From an uncultured Holophaga sp. (GTDB lineage: Bacteria; Acidobacteriota; Holophagae; Holophagales; Holophagaceae): a DNA stretch of 64,000 nucleotides. Both the position numbers and the translations under genes were made by a program. Below are positions 10,484-21,249 of the stretch, one piece after another; the first letter of the stretch is position 1, and every line of letters begins with the position of its first letter. The notes under the pieces are model-generated. The model was given only the letters and a program-made list of their open reading frames with translations, was not told where the DNA came from and made no database searches. The stretch covers positions 288,001 to 352,000 of the forward strand of contig OY761614.1 in the NCBI GenBank assembly GCA_963664825.1, written 5' to 3'.

Positions 10484-11398
10484 TCAGAGGCTCAGCTGGT
10501 CCAGCTTATCGGGCCTATCCCGCCAGCCCTCCTCGACCTTCACATGGAGATCGAGGCGCACCGGCCGCTGGAGGAGCTTCTTGAGCTCCCGCTGAGCGCT
10601 CTGCCGGATATCCCGGATCTTCTCGCCCCCGGATCCCAGGAGGATCTTGCGGTGGCTATCCCGATCCACGAGGATCTCGACTTCCAGGTAGGCCCCGTCC
10701 TCGGCCAGATCCTCGGGGAAATCCTCCTGGCCCGCCTCGATCCAGCGCCGGATGAGGACGGCCACACCATGGGGCACCTCCTCCCGGGTCTTGCGGAGCA
10801 CCTTCTCACGGATGAATTCCGCGGCCATGCCCCGCTCGGTCTGATCGGTGAAGGTATCCAGCGCGTAGTTCCATTCCCCCTTGGGCGCGTCCCGCTCCAG
10901 GACCGCCCAGAGGGGCTCCAGATTCTGTCCCAGCTTGGCGCTGAGGGGGATGATCTCCCGGTATTCCATCAGATCCTTGTAGGCGACGATCTTCTCCAGC
11001 ATCCGGCCCTTGGAGAGCAGATCGAGCTTATTGAGGATCAGGTAGACAGGCTGCTGGGCCGCCTTCAGGCGCTTGGCGAGTTCCCGCTCGCCGGGCCCCA
11101 GGAAGCCATCGGCATCCACCACCCATACCAGGAGATCGGCCTCGGAGAGAGCCAGTTCCACATGGTGGAGCATGCGCTGATTGAGGGCATGCTGGGGCTG
11201 ATGAACCCCCGGCGTATCCAGGAAGGCCAATTGGACCTCCCCCCGGTTCACCACGCCCAGGATCTTCCCCCGGGTGGTCTGGGGGGTCTGGCTCACGGCC
11301 GCCAGCTTCTCCCCCACCAGGGCATTGAGCAGGGTGGATTTGCCCGAATTGGGGATGCCGAGAAGAGCGACCGTGGCGAAGCGTTGGGTATCACCCAC
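10484..11398 (-). CDS. era: GTPase Era
   Basis: GIPNSGKST, PQTTR, DTPG, NKLD, KH domain (REEVPH). Confidence 0.95.
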   Translation of the reverse strand: MGDTQRFATVALLGIPNSGKSTLLNALVGEKLAAVSQTPQTTRGKILGVVNRGEVQLAFLDTPGVHQPQHALNQRMLHHVELALSEADLLVWVVDADGFLGPGERELAKRLKAAQQPVYLILNKLDLLSKGRMLEKIVAYKDLMEYREIIPLSAKLGQNLEPLWAVLERDAPKGEWNYALDTFTDQTERGMAAEFIREKVLRKTREEVPHGVAVLIRRWIEAGQEDFPEDLAEDGAYLEVEILVDRDSHRKILLGSGGEKIRDIRQSAQRELKKLLQRPVRLDLHVKVEEGWRDRPDKLDQLSL

Positions 11399-12176
11399 GG
11401 TGGACGCCCCGCTTGGCCTCGCGCATGAAACGCACCAGGTAGGCGACCTCCGCGAGATGGCCCAGTTCCATCTCCACCTTCAGCAGGCCCTCCTCCTTGA
11501 GGAGGCCGCTGTGGAAGAGGATGCGGTGGGCCTGCATGAGGCCCGCGATGACCTCCTCGGGGAAGCCCTTGCGCCGCAGGCCGATGGCGTTCACGCCGTA
11601 GCTCTTGGTGCCCCGGGTCCCCACGGTCTTCATGAAGGGCAGGACGTCCTGGGTGGCTACCGTGAAGCCGCCCATGAAGGCGTGGTCGCCCACCCGGCAG
11701 AACTGATGCACGGCGGAGAAGGCGCCGATGGTGCAGCCGTCGCCCACAGAAACGTGACCGGCCAGGGTGCCGCAGTTGGCGAAGATGTTTTTGCTGCCCA
11801 CATGGCAGTCGTGGGCCACATGGGAACCGGTCATGAAGAAATTCTCGTCGGCGATGGTGGTGAGGCCGCCGCCCCCCTCCGTGCCCCGGTGCATGGTGCA
11901 GCCCTCGCGGAACACGTTGCGGTTGCCGATCACCAGGCGCGTGGGGGCGCCCTTGAACTTCAGGTCCTGGGGGCCCATGCCGAGGGTGCAGTGGGGATAG
12001 ACCTCGTTATCCTCACCGAGTTCGGTGTGGGGGCCGATAACCACATGGCTCCGGAGAATGGTGCGGGCGCCGATCTTCGAACTGCCTTCGATGACACAGA
12101 AGGGACCGATGATGGCCCCATCGGCGATTTGAGCCTCGGGGCTGATGACGGAGGAGGGATGAATCTGAGCGGCCAT
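11391..12176 (-). CDS. lpxA: Acyl-ACP--UDP-N-acetylglucosamine O-acyltransferase
   Basis: Hexapeptide repeats, PQDLKF, HVAHDC, LAGHV, VHQFC. Confidence 0.97.
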   Translation of the reverse strand: MAAQIHPSSVISPEAQIADGAIIGPFCVIEGSSKIGARTILRSHVVIGPHTELGEDNEVYPHCTLGMGPQDLKFKGAPTRLVIGNRNVFREGCTMHRGTEGGGGLTTIADENFFMTGSHVAHDCHVGSKNIFANCGTLAGHVSVGDGCTIGAFSAVHQFCRVGDHAFMGGFTVATQDVLPFMKTVGTRGTKSYGVNAIGLRRKGFPEEVIAGLMQAHRILFHSGLLKEEGLLKVEMELGHLAEVAYLVRFMREAKRGVHRG

Positions 12177-12178
12177 GA

Positions 12179-12643
12179 TTATTTCCCCTCCGGGAGATCG
12201 ATGAGCATGGACATGAATTCAGCCTCGGCGGCCTTCTGGCCATCCACGAAGGCCTCGCCCCGCATCTTGCAGATCTTGCCCTTGTTGTAGACCACCTTGA
12301 CCTCCATCACCAGCTGGTCGCCGGGGACGACGGGCTTGCGGAATTTGACCGCATCGATGGACATGAAGTAGATGACCTTCCGGGAGCGATCCGGGAATTT
12401 TTGCAGGATCAGGCAGCCACCGGTCTGGGCCATGGCCTCGATGATGAGCACGCCGGGGAAGACCGGCTGCTTGGGGAAGTGGCCCTGGAAGATGGGATCC
12501 CCCATGGTGATGTTCTTGACCCCACGGATCCACTCGCCCTCGGCGTAGTCCACGATCCGGTCCACCAGGAGCATGGGATAGCGATGGGGCAGAAGATCCA
12601 TGATCCCCTGGATATCGAAGGTCTTGGCGCTCGGATCGGGCAT
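12179..12643 (-). CDS. fabZ: 3-hydroxyacyl-ACP dehydratase
   Basis: LPHRYPMLLVDR, FQGHFP..PVFPGVLIIEAMAQ. Confidence 0.97.
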   Translation of the reverse strand: MPDPSAKTFDIQGIMDLLPHRYPMLLVDRIVDYAEGEWIRGVKNITMGDPIFQGHFPKQPVFPGVLIIEAMAQTGGCLILQKFPDRSRKVIYFMSIDAVKFRKPVVPGDQLVMEVKVVYNKGKICKMRGEAFVDGQKAAEAEFMSMLIDLPEGK

Positions 12644-12696
12644 GAAAAAACTCCAGAACGGTCATTATCTCACAGCCGCGACCCGTTGTCCCCGGC

Positions 12697-14412
12697 TCAA
12701 GTCCTGGCCGTGCGCTCGTAGACCTTGGCTTGGATGAAGAGCCGCACCAGTTCCGGGTCGAAGTGCCCGGCCTGGGCGTCGGCCTCCAGGATTTCCAGGC
12801 TCCGCTCCAGGGGCAGGGCCGCCTTGTAGGGGCGGTCCTGGGCCGTGAGGGCGTCGAAGACATCGGCAATGGCCATGGCCTGGCTCTGGAGGGGGATCTC
12901 AGAAGCCTTCAGGCCCCGGGGGTAGCCGCGGCCGTTCAGGCGCTCGTGATGGGCGAAGGCGATCTGGGGCACTCCGGCCAGATCCCTCGTCCAGGGGATC
13001 TGACTAAGGAATTGGAAGGTGAGGGTGACGTGGCTTTCGATCTCGCGACGCTCGGCCAAGGAGAGGCTGCCCTTGGGAATCCGCAGGGCCGCCAGATCGC
13101 CTTCGGTGACCACGGCGGCCGATAAGCCGTCCCAGCGGGCGTATTCCAATTCCCCCAACCGCTCCAGGTCGCCCAGGACCTCCTGGGGCAGGACGGTAGG
13201 TTCGTTGGCCTGGACCACCAGCGCGATGAGGCGCTGGGTTTCCTCCTGGAAGGCCCGGAGAAGCTGGCGCCAGTCCTCGGCGTCGAAGGGGCACCCGGAT
13301 TGCCACGCCAGGAAGAGCCTCCGTCGCGTCTGTTCCTCCTGCCGCTGCCGGAGGTGTTGGAGCACCAGTTCCAAGCGGGGCGCTTCGAGCTTCTTGGCCT
13401 TCACCAGCACCTGCTCCCGCACGCCCACCTTCCCGAAGTCATGGAGGAGGCTCGCGTAGCGGATCTCCCGGAGCTGCCGGGAGCTGAAGAAGACCTCCCC
13501 GTAAGGCCCCTCGGTCGCGGCGTTGATGGCCTCAGCCAGGGCCACCGTGAGGGCGGCCACGCGACCGGAATGCCCGCTGGTAACCGGGTCGCGCTGTTCG
13601 ATGGCGAGCACGGAGGCGTTCACGAAGCTCTCGAAGAGCTGCTCGATCTCCCGGCGATATCCGGCGTTCTTGACCGCGACGCCAGCCTGCCCCGCCAGGC
13701 TCTGGGCCAAGCGGAGGTGGCCCGCCCTGAAGGCCACGGGAGAAGGAGCGTCCTCTCCTTCCTCCAGCCGGTTGATGAGCTGAAGGACCCCGAGGATCTC
13801 CCCCTCGGTATCCCGTAGGGGCACCGAGAGCATGGAGATGGTGCGGTATCCGGTCTGGAGATCGAAGCTATCGTTGAACTGGTAGGGCACGCCCTCCGGC
13901 AGGCGATGGACATCCTCGATATTGAGGCACTCTCCCGTGGCGGCCACGAAACCCGCCATGGAGGCCCTGGAGATGGGCAGGCGAAAGCGGTGATAGGGAA
14001 GGCTGAGCTTGGCATTCTGGGTGTGGGCGAAGAGCAGTTCCCGGGTCGGTCCATTCCCCAGCACGAGGTAGATGGACCCCGCTTCGGCAGACAGGAGCTG
14101 CCGGGCCTGGACCAGGATCAGGTCCAGCAGGCGATCCAGGTCCTGCTCCGAAGCCAGCGCCCGCCCCACCTCGTGCAGGCGCTCCATGTCGCGCCGATCC
14201 TTGAGGCGCTGGAAACCCGCCTCAAGAAGCGCCTGGGCTCCCTTCAGGCCGGGCCAGACCCCGCAGGAGGCCAGCTCTCCCTCGCCCTCCATGCCCAGCA
14301 CCACATCGGCCGGAGCCTGGTCCACCCAGGCCAAGGCGCCAAGGAGCTCCCTGCCCAGATGAGCCTCGAGGCTGCTACGGTGACTGAAGGGGAGGGCAAC
14401 AGTGAAACGCAA
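12697..14412 (-). CDS. GAF + HD-GYP phosphodiesterase (start uncertain)
   Basis: GAF (FNDSFDLQTGYRT..GVLQLIN); HDFGKVG; HHERLNGRGYP. Confidence 0.9.
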   Translation of the reverse strand: MRFTVALPFSHRSSLEAHLGRELLGALAWVDQAPADVVLGMEGEGELASCGVWPGLKGAQALLEAGFQRLKDRRDMERLHEVGRALASEQDLDRLLDLILVQARQLLSAEAGSIYLVLGNGPTRELLFAHTQNAKLSLPYHRFRLPISRASMAGFVAATGECLNIEDVHRLPEGVPYQFNDSFDLQTGYRTISMLSVPLRDTEGEILGVLQLINRLEEGEDAPSPVAFRAGHLRLAQSLAGQAGVAVKNAGYRREIEQLFESFVNASVLAIEQRDPVTSGHSGRVAALTVALAEAINAATEGPYGEVFFSSRQLREIRYASLLHDFGKVGVREQVLVKAKKLEAPRLELVLQHLRQRQEEQTRRRLFLAWQSGCPFDAEDWRQLLRAFQEETQRLIALVVQANEPTVLPQEVLGDLERLGELEYARWDGLSAAVVTEGDLAALRIPKGSLSLAERREIESHVTLTFQFLSQIPWTRDLAGVPQIAFAHHERLNGRGYPRGLKASEIPLQSQAMAIADVFDALTAQDRPYKAALPLERSLEILEADAQAGHFDPELVRLFIQAKVYERTART

Positions 14413-14431
14413 GGTCGGTTCCGGGCCAAGA

Positions 14432-15673
14432 ATGAAGGAGCGGAAATCAGTCTATCCAACCTCTCCCAACCCGAAGGTACGCTGGATCGGTAAGATCGAA
14501 CGCCTGGCCTGGGGAGGCCTGGGCGTGGGCCGGGAGGCCGATGGCCGTCTCATCCTACTCTCGGCCCCCCTGGCGCTCTTCCCTGGGGAAGAAGTCGAAG
14601 CCGAAGTGCGCTGGAAGGCCCGGCATGGCGAGGGTGATGTGCTGCGCTGGCTGAAGCCCGATCCCCGGCGCCGCCCTTCCGGATGCCCTGTGGCCCGGCT
14701 CTGCGGAGGCTGCGAACTCCAGGAGGCGGGGAGTCACACCAATGAACTCAAGCACCTCATGGTGGAGGATCTGCTGCGCCGTCAATTGCCCGAGGTGGGG
14801 GCCTGGGAATGGCACCCGGCTCCCCCGGACGCTTGCCGCCACCGGATCCAGCTCCACTGGGCCGGTCGGCAGCTGGGTTTCCATCGCCGCCGCAGCCATT
14901 CCATCGTGCCCGTGCGCCAATGCCCGGCGGCCGCCCAGGTGCTTTCCAATGCCATCCCGAACCTGGTGGAGGCCCTTGAAGAAGGCGCCCTGCCCTCCCG
15001 CCCTCAGCGCTGGGAGCTGGCCACGGGCACCCCTGCCCGGGAGGTCTACGCCAGCCTAGAGGATGGGCGGGTCTGGCACCTGGAGCCCGACGGCTGGCAT
15101 GTCTGCCAGGATGCCATTCTCCACAAGCACCGGGGCGCCACCCTCCACCACCGGGCGGGCGGATTCTTCCAGGTGTGCGCCCCCTGGGCCATGGACGCCT
15201 TCGGCCAGGTGCTGGAGGGCTGGGATATCCGAGGGGGGACCCTCTTCGATCTCTATGGCGGGGTGGGGCTCTTTTCGGCCCTGCTGCGGGAGCGCTTCCA
15301 GCATTTCGTGCTGGTGGAATCCGAGCCCCATGCCGTGGCCTGGGCCCGGAAGAACCTCGAAGCCATGGGCCTGGACGCGGAATGCCACGCCCTGGACGCC
15401 TCGGAATGGATCCCTACAGGCCTGGGCACCTCCCAGGACACCCTTCTGCTGGATCCCCCCCGCACAGGCCTGGCCCCGGTCCTCGCGGAGGCCCTGAAAA
15501 CCGCCCAGGCCGGAACCCTGGTGCTCGTGGGCTGCGATGGCGCCGCCTTCTGCCGGGACGTGAAGCGCCTGGAGCCCCAATGGCATCTGGAGCACCTGGC
15601 AGTGCTGGATCTCTTCCCCCTCACGGCCCATGCGGAATTCGTGGGACTCCTCAAGCCCGGGTGCCCCCAGTAG
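14432..15673 (+). CDS. RlmD/TrmA-family RNA (uracil-5)-methyltransferase (start uncertain)
   Basis: CPVARLCGGC Fe-S motif, GFFQV, DLYGGVGLF, LDPPRTG, DLFPLTAHAE. Confidence 0.85.
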   Translation: MKERKSVYPTSPNPKVRWIGKIERLAWGGLGVGREADGRLILLSAPLALFPGEEVEAEVRWKARHGEGDVLRWLKPDPRRRPSGCPVARLCGGCELQEAGSHTNELKHLMVEDLLRRQLPEVGAWEWHPAPPDACRHRIQLHWAGRQLGFHRRRSHSIVPVRQCPAAAQVLSNAIPNLVEALEEGALPSRPQRWELATGTPAREVYASLEDGRVWHLEPDGWHVCQDAILHKHRGATLHHRAGGFFQVCAPWAMDAFGQVLEGWDIRGGTLFDLYGGVGLFSALLRERFQHFVLVESEPHAVAWARKNLEAMGLDAECHALDASEWIPTGLGTSQDTLLLDPPRTGLAPVLAEALKTAQAGTLVLVGCDGAAFCRDVKRLEPQWHLEHLAVLDLFPLTAHAEFVGLLKPGCPQ

Positions 15674-15676
15674 GCA

Positions 15677-16180
15677 TCAGAACGGCAGCGGCGGTGGCGT
15701 CCGCAGGGATCCCTCCAACTTCAGGAGAGCCTCCTTGCGTTCAAGACCGCCCGCATAACCTGTGAGGCTGCCATCAGAGCCGATGACCCGGTGGCAGGGG
15801 ATGAGGATGGCGATGGGATTGGCCCCCACGGCGGCCCCCACGGCCCGCACGGCATGTTCGTCCCCCAGCCGCCGGGCCAGCGTCAGATAGCTGAGGGTCT
15901 CGCCGTAGGGGATGTGCTGCACTTCGTCCCAGACCCGCCTCTGGAACTCGGTGCCCTGGGGATCCAGGGGCACCGTGAAGGTCCGGAGGTTCATGATGAA
16001 ATAGGCCTCGAACTGCTTCAGTAGGAAACGGAAGGCCTCTCGCTGGGCCTTGGGCGCCAGAGGCGTGGTGGCCCTGGGGTCCAGGCCGCCGAAACCCAGT
16101 TCCCGCAGCCTGCCCCGCTCGTCGAAGGCGGCTTTCATGGGCCCCAGGGGGGTCTCGATTTCGTAATACCAGAGAGTCAT
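15677..16180 (-). CDS. ogt: Methylated-DNA--protein-cysteine methyltransferase
   Basis: GTEFQ, RAVG.A, IPCHRV active site. Confidence 0.92.
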   Translation of the reverse strand: MTLWYYEIETPLGPMKAAFDERGRLRELGFGGLDPRATTPLAPKAQREAFRFLLKQFEAYFIMNLRTFTVPLDPQGTEFQRRVWDEVQHIPYGETLSYLTLARRLGDEHAVRAVGAAVGANPIAILIPCHRVIGSDGSLTGYAGGLERKEALLKLEGSLRTPPPLPF

Positions 16181-16236
16181 GGCGTCATGATGCCACTGAA
16201 CACGAGGTTTGCATCATCCCGAAAAAATATTCCGGG

Positions 16237-16461
16237 TCAATCGCCCCGGAGGGAATCCAGGTAGAGGGCCTCCACCTTCCTCCGGGCCCAGGGGGTCTTC
16301 CGGAGGAAGGCCAGGCTGGACGAGAGGCTGGGATTGGAGGTGAAGCAGCGGATATCGATGAGGCGACCCATCTCCTCCCATCCGCACCGTTCCACGAGAT
16401 GGCGGAGGATCATCTCCAGCGTGACGCCATGGAGGGGATCCTGGGAAGGCATAGGGGTCAT
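16237..16461 (-). CDS. VF530/DUF2132-family small protein
   Basis: DPLHGVTLE..., SSLAFLRKTPWARRKVE. Confidence 0.85.
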   Translation of the reverse strand: MTPMPSQDPLHGVTLEMILRHLVERCGWEEMGRLIDIRCFTSNPSLSSSLAFLRKTPWARRKVEALYLDSLRGD

Positions 16462-16733
16462 GGAAAACCTTGGGAATGAGTTCATGATCTTGGGGGGAGA
16501 GGCGGCTCCCGGTGCGCTCTTGCAAGCCAGCCCCGCCCTCCTGAACGAGGGATCCTCGTATCCCTCCAAGATAAACCACTTGCCGGACTTTCAACGGAAA
16601 AGCCATTTTCTGAAGCCCACCAGGGGATTTTCCAAGCCTCGAGGCCTGCCACAAAATACGAGGCTATGGGCAATTAAGGATGGCCGTGGCAAACTCGTGA
16701 TTGGCCCGATGGGCGCAGGGAGCGGCCTTGTCC

Positions 16734-17060
16734 ATGACTGATGCATGTGCAATCTTTACCACCTGTGGCAGCGAGGAGACAGCCCTCACTATTGCCGCGG
16801 CTCTCGTGGATCAAGGGGTCGCAGCCTGTGTGAACATCCTTCCGGGGATCAAGAGCTATTACTACTACCGAGGGGGCACGCATCTCGACGAAGAGGTGAT
16901 GCTCATCATCAAGACCACCCGGGGGCAGTTCAAGGCCGCCACCCAGGTGATCTCCGAACTGCACACCTACGAGGTGCCTGAGATCATCATGTTCCCCGTG
17001 GAGGCGGGCTCCCTGTCCTTCCTCGAGTGGATCCAGCAGGCCGTCACGCGCCAGGACTGA
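16734..17060 (+). CDS. cutA: Divalent-cation tolerance protein CutA
   Basis: AACVNILP, HTYEVPEII. Confidence 0.92.
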   Translation: MTDACAIFTTCGSEETALTIAAALVDQGVAACVNILPGIKSYYYYRGGTHLDEEVMLIIKTTRGQFKAATQVISELHTYEVPEIIMFPVEAGSLSFLEWIQQAVTRQD

Positions 17061-17144
17061 ACCCGAGCCGTCGGGCCCCTCTGTCACAGAATCGTTTCGC
17101 ATCCACCGCGGGTCTGAAAGGATAATGAGGCACGGGGGAACGAG

Positions 17145-17849
17145 ATGTCACGCATCCTGGTCATCGAGGACGAACGGGATCTCCAGCAGATCCTTGCGTA
17201 CAACCTGCGCCGGGAGGGCCATGAAGTCTGGCAGGCGCTGGAGGGTTCCGAGGGCCTACGGTTAGCGCGAGCCCATGCGCCCGAACTGGTGCTCCTGGAT
17301 CTCATGCTGCCGGATCTACCGGGCACCGAGGTCTGCAAGGCCCTCAAGGCCGATGCTGGGACCCGGGAGATTCCCGTCCTCATGCTCACGGCCAAGGGCG
17401 AGGAAATCGACCGGGTGCTGGGCTTCGAACTGGGGGCCGAGGACTACGTGGTGAAGCCCTTCAGCGTCCGGGAGCTGCTGTTGCGCATTCAGGCCATCCT
17501 CCGCAGGGTCCAGACCGCTAAGTCCCCGGAACCCGAGGACACCCTCACCTTCGGGCGCCTCCGCATCGACCACGGGGCCCACCGAACCTGGGTGGATGGC
17601 CAGGAGATCCAGCTCACCGCCATCGAATTCCGGCTTCTGGGCCTGCTCCATGAGCGCCGTAACCGCGTCCAGACGCGGGCTGCGCTCCTCGAGGATGTCT
17701 GGGGGCTCCAGGCCGATACCGAGACCCGGACCGTGGATACCCATGTGAAACGCCTCCGGGAGAAACTGGGCGCGGCCGAAAGCTACATCGAGACCGTCCG
17801 AGGCGTCGGTTACCGCTTCAAGGCAAGCCCTGAGGAAGTGTCGGCATGA
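17145..17849 (+). CDS. phoB: OmpR/PhoB-family response regulator
   Basis: REC (LLDLMLP, KPFS) + wHTH (RTVDTHVKRLREKL, IETVRGVGY); paired with a PhoR-like kinase. Confidence 0.8.
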   Translation: MSRILVIEDERDLQQILAYNLRREGHEVWQALEGSEGLRLARAHAPELVLLDLMLPDLPGTEVCKALKADAGTREIPVLMLTAKGEEIDRVLGFELGAEDYVVKPFSVRELLLRIQAILRRVQTAKSPEPEDTLTFGRLRIDHGAHRTWVDGQEIQLTAIEFRLLGLLHERRNRVQTRAALLEDVWGLQADTETRTVDTHVKRLREKLGAAESYIETVRGVGYRFKASPEEVSA

Positions 17850-19618
17850 GACCCGGGATCCGCGGCAAGCTCTTCCTCATCTCCCTGGGGCTCATCACCA
17901 GCGCGCTCCTGATTTCCGATCTCCTGCTGACCTCATCGCTGGATAAGACCCTGACGGCGCGGACACGGACGGACCTGATGGTGCGCACCGAACTCGCCGA
18001 ACGCGAAGCCACGCGCCTGGCAGAGGCCCCCCAGCTCCCTGAGGATCCGGTTTGGCAGGCCCTGGCCAGCGAACTGGGCAGCCGGGCCCAGGCCCGACTC
18101 ACCTTCATCGCCCTGGACGGCCATGTGCTCGGGGACTCCGATCTGGACTCCGCGGGCATCCTCCGGGTCGAGAACCATCACGAAAGACCCGAATTCCTGG
18201 AGGCCCTGGCCCAGGGACGCGGCGCCAGCGTGCGGGATAGCAGCACATTGGGACAGCGGATGATGTACGTGGCGGTGCCCTTCCGCCGGCAGGGGCGCCT
18301 CGTGGGCGTCGTCCGGGCCGCCCTGCCCTTGGCCCAGGTGGACCAATCCGTGACCCACCTCCGCATGCTCCTGTTGGCGGCCTCCCTCATGGCCCTGACC
18401 ATCGCGGGCCTCGTCTCCACACTCGCCACCCGGCGCATCTCCCAGACCCTGCGCCGACTGGCCCGCACGGCGGGACGCATGGTGGAGGGCAATCTGGGGG
18501 AACGGGCCCGGACACCGGGCCACGACGAGATCGCCACCCTGGGCAAGAGCCTCGATCATCTGGCAGAGAGCCTTTCAGGGGCTCTCGCCCAGCTGAAGGC
18601 CGAGCGGGATCTCCTGGGGGATATCCTGGCCGGCATGCAGGAAGGCGTCCTGGTGCTGGACCGGAAATCCCACGTGATCCACGCCAATCCCGCACTGCGG
18701 GCCATGCTGCTGTTGGGTGTGGACTGCCTTGGGAAGCCGCTGCTGGAAGTGATCCGCAACGCCGAACTGGTCGCGATCCTCCGGCGCGCCCGGGATGCGT
18801 CCTCCGCTACCTCAGGGGAAGTGGAGCTGGCAGGCCTCATGCCCCGGCGCCTGCTGGTGCAGGTGAGCCCCCTCCAGGGCGAGCCGGGAGATCTGCTGGT
18901 GGTGCTGGTGGACGTGACCCAACTCCGCCAGCTCGAATCCATCCGGAAGGATTTCGTCGCCAACGCCTCCCACGAGCTGCGCACACCCGTCGCCTCCATG
19001 CGTTCGGCGGCAGAAACCCTGCGGGGGGCCATGGAGGAAGACCCCGAGGCCGCCAAGGTCTTTCTCGAAATCATCGAACGCAACGCCAGCCGCCTCCACC
19101 AGCTGGTGGAGGACCTGCTGGATCTGTCTCGCATCGAATCCCGGGAATTCCGGCTGCAGATGGAAAGCCTGGATCTCGGCGCCTTCGCCGAACAGATGGC
19201 CCATGCCTACCACAGGCTGGCCCAGGACAAGGGGATTGACCTGGAGGTCGACGCCGGAACCCGCGGCACCCTGGCCCTGGCCGATCGCAGGGCCATGGAA
19301 CAGGTGCTGGGCAACCTCCTGGATAACGCCATCAAATACTGCCCACAGGGGGCGCGCGTCCGGATCCACTCCGAAGCCCAGAGTGATTCCATCCGTGTGA
19401 GCGTGGAGGATTCAGGCCCCGGCATCCCTGCCCAGCATCTGCCACGCCTCTTCGAGCGCTTCTACCGCGTCGATGCGGGCCGTTCGAGGGAACTGGGGGG
19501 CACGGGCCTGGGGCTGGCCATCGTGAAGCATCTGGTGGAAGCCATGAGCGGCTCGGTCAGCGTGGAGAGCCAAGCCGGACAGGGGTCCACCTTCTCCTTC
19601 ACACTGCCCAGGGGGTAG
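17846..19618 (+). CDS. phoR: PhoR-like sensor histidine kinase (HAMP-PAS-HisKA-HATPase)
   Basis: [44 protein letters not shown]. Confidence 0.85.
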   Translation: MRPGIRGKLFLISLGLITSALLISDLLLTSSLDKTLTARTRTDLMVRTELAEREATRLAEAPQLPEDPVWQALASELGSRAQARLTFIALDGHVLGDSDLDSAGILRVENHHERPEFLEALAQGRGASVRDSSTLGQRMMYVAVPFRRQGRLVGVVRAALPLAQVDQSVTHLRMLLLAASLMALTIAGLVSTLATRRISQTLRRLARTAGRMVEGNLGERARTPGHDEIATLGKSLDHLAESLSGALAQLKAERDLLGDILAGMQEGVLVLDRKSHVIHANPALRAMLLLGVDCLGKPLLEVIRNAELVAILRRARDASSATSGEVELAGLMPRRLLVQVSPLQGEPGDLLVVLVDVTQLRQLESIRKDFVANASHELRTPVASMRSAAETLRGAMEEDPEAAKVFLEIIERNASRLHQLVEDLLDLSRIESREFRLQMESLDLGAFAEQMAHAYHRLAQDKGIDLEVDAGTRGTLALADRRAMEQVLGNLLDNAIKYCPQGARVRIHSEAQSDSIRVSVEDSGPGIPAQHLPRLFERFYRVDAGRSRELGGTGLGLAIVKHLVEAMSGSVSVESQAGQGSTFSFTLPRG

Positions 19619-19663
19619 GGGCCACAAGTCTCAAGGCTGTCACCGACACGTGGCCTGGCTGAC

Positions 19664-20734
19664 ATGGCGGAGTCTCAACCTAGTCACATGACGAGCTCGG
19701 CGCCCCTCCCCTTGCCCCAGGACTTCTACCGGAAACCCGACCAGGGCGGGCAACCCTCCAATGTCTTCGATGCGCTGGGGGAGGATCTCCGCCGCATCCT
19801 GGACCAGCACCAGTTGAACCCGGTCTTTCAGCCCATCCTGGACACGCGGACAGGCTTTGCATTCGCCTTTGAGGGCCTCACCCGAGGCCCCTCCGATACG
19901 GTCCTCCACTCTGCGGTCAATCTCTTCAATGTGGCCAAGTACGCTGGCCTCACAGCCCAGCTCGAAGAGGCCTGCTGTCAGACCCTGATGCAGGCCTTCG
20001 CCCGACAGAATCCGGGAGGACGGCTCTTCCTGAATGTGGGCCCGGCCCTGTTTACCAGCGCGACCCACCCAGCGCCCTTCCGGATGGATCAAGTCACAGG
20101 CTTCGGCCTGCGCCCCGAACGGATCGTCATCGAGCTCACCGAGAGTGAACCTCCCTTCGATACGGAAGCCCTCCTGCAAGCCGCGGAACACTTCCGCGCC
20201 CTCGGGTTCGCCATCGCCCTGGACGATATGGGCGAGGGCTTCGCCAGCCTAAAGCTGTGGTCCGAGCTCCGACCCGATTTCGTGAAGATCGACAAGCACT
20301 TCGTCCAGGGCGTGAGCTTTGATCCCGTGAAGCAGCAGTTCCTGAAATCCATCCGAGATCTCGCCATCGGCACCGGGGCCCAAGTCGTAGCCGAGGGCAT
20401 CGAGACCGAAGCCGATCTCTCCGTCGTGCTGGAGCTGGGGTTGGAATTTGTCCAGGGATATCTCCTCGGGCGCCCTGCCCCGACGATCAGTTCCCCGAGT
20501 CCCCATGAGCTTCTGCGGAGAGGGCCGAAAGGACAGCCTCCGTTCCGGAATGGGTTCGGCCACCAGAGCCGCATCACGGCCGAACACCTGCTTTGCGCTG
20601 TTACACCCACCGGGGAATTTCCACGGCCTCCAGCTACGCGAAGAAACGCGCCAAGGATATCGAAGGCTGTTCGATGTTCATCGAACGGCGCACGGCCGAA
20701 GGCAAGCTCCCAGCGGGGGAATAGGCTTCCCTAG
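19664..20734 (+). CDS. EAL-domain protein, apparently truncated by an internal deletion
   Basis: [44 protein letters not shown]-type C-terminal tail lies out of frame at 20602-20724. Confidence 0.8.
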   Translation: MAESQPSHMTSSAPLPLPQDFYRKPDQGGQPSNVFDALGEDLRRILDQHQLNPVFQPILDTRTGFAFAFEGLTRGPSDTVLHSAVNLFNVAKYAGLTAQLEEACCQTLMQAFARQNPGGRLFLNVGPALFTSATHPAPFRMDQVTGFGLRPERIVIELTESEPPFDTEALLQAAEHFRALGFAIALDDMGEGFASLKLWSELRPDFVKIDKHFVQGVSFDPVKQQFLKSIRDLAIGTGAQVVAEGIETEADLSVVLELGLEFVQGYLLGRPAPTISSPSPHELLRRGPKGQPPFRNGFGHQSRITAEHLLCAVTPTGEFPRPPATRRNAPRISKAVRCSSNGARPKASSQRGNRLP

Positions 20735-21249
20735 GGCAGCACCTCAAACCCATCCAGGAAGGCCTGAGCCCGACCTTCGCCTCCCACCGAGGTGGTGGCT
20801 TCGACCCGATGGAGGCGTCCCCGGCGCACGATCAGGGCACCGTACAGGAAGGTGCCCATGGGACTCCGGACGTGGTAGGTGCATCCGGGCCCCTTCTCGA
20901 GGGGCAAATCTCCCCACTCCACCTTGCCAAAACGCTGGAGCAGCCAGCGGTGGTAGGTCTCCAGCACCGCAGCAGGGGTGGTGCCCCCTTGGGTCCCGGA
21001 GGGCAGATTGGCGACTTCGGCCTGGAAGTTCGTATCCATGCGCCCACCCGGCCGATAGGCCTGGCCGAACCATTCCATGGAACCGAAGGGCGTGGTTTCC
21101 ACATAGCGAATCTTCTGCGGGGTGCCTGGAAAGACCGCGGCAATGCCAAGCTGCTCATCCCGGAAGGGCACAGGGCGTTCCCTCTCGCAACCCAGACCGC
21201 AGAGCACCACCACGGCACAGCTCCAGATTCCCATCCGATTCATGTTCAT
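20731..21249 (-). CDS. Hypothetical lipoprotein
   Basis: Lipobox-like VVLCGLGC; 4-bp overlap with the upstream kinase gene. Confidence 0.65.
   Translation of the reverse strand: MNMNRMGIWSCAVVVLCGLGCERERPVPFRDEQLGIAAVFPGTPQKIRYVETTPFGSMEWFGQAYRPGGRMDTNFQAEVANLPSGTQGGTTPAAVLETYHRWLLQRFGKVEWGDLPLEKGPGCTYHVRSPMGTFLYGALIVRRGRLHRVEATTSVGGEGRAQAFLDGFEVLP

Noticed and set aside
17081..17100. Pho box upstream of phoB (and GTCAC/GTCAT near 6851-6868)
   Set aside because: Only one good CTGTCAC half-site. The second locus has 13-bp rather than 11-bp spacing.
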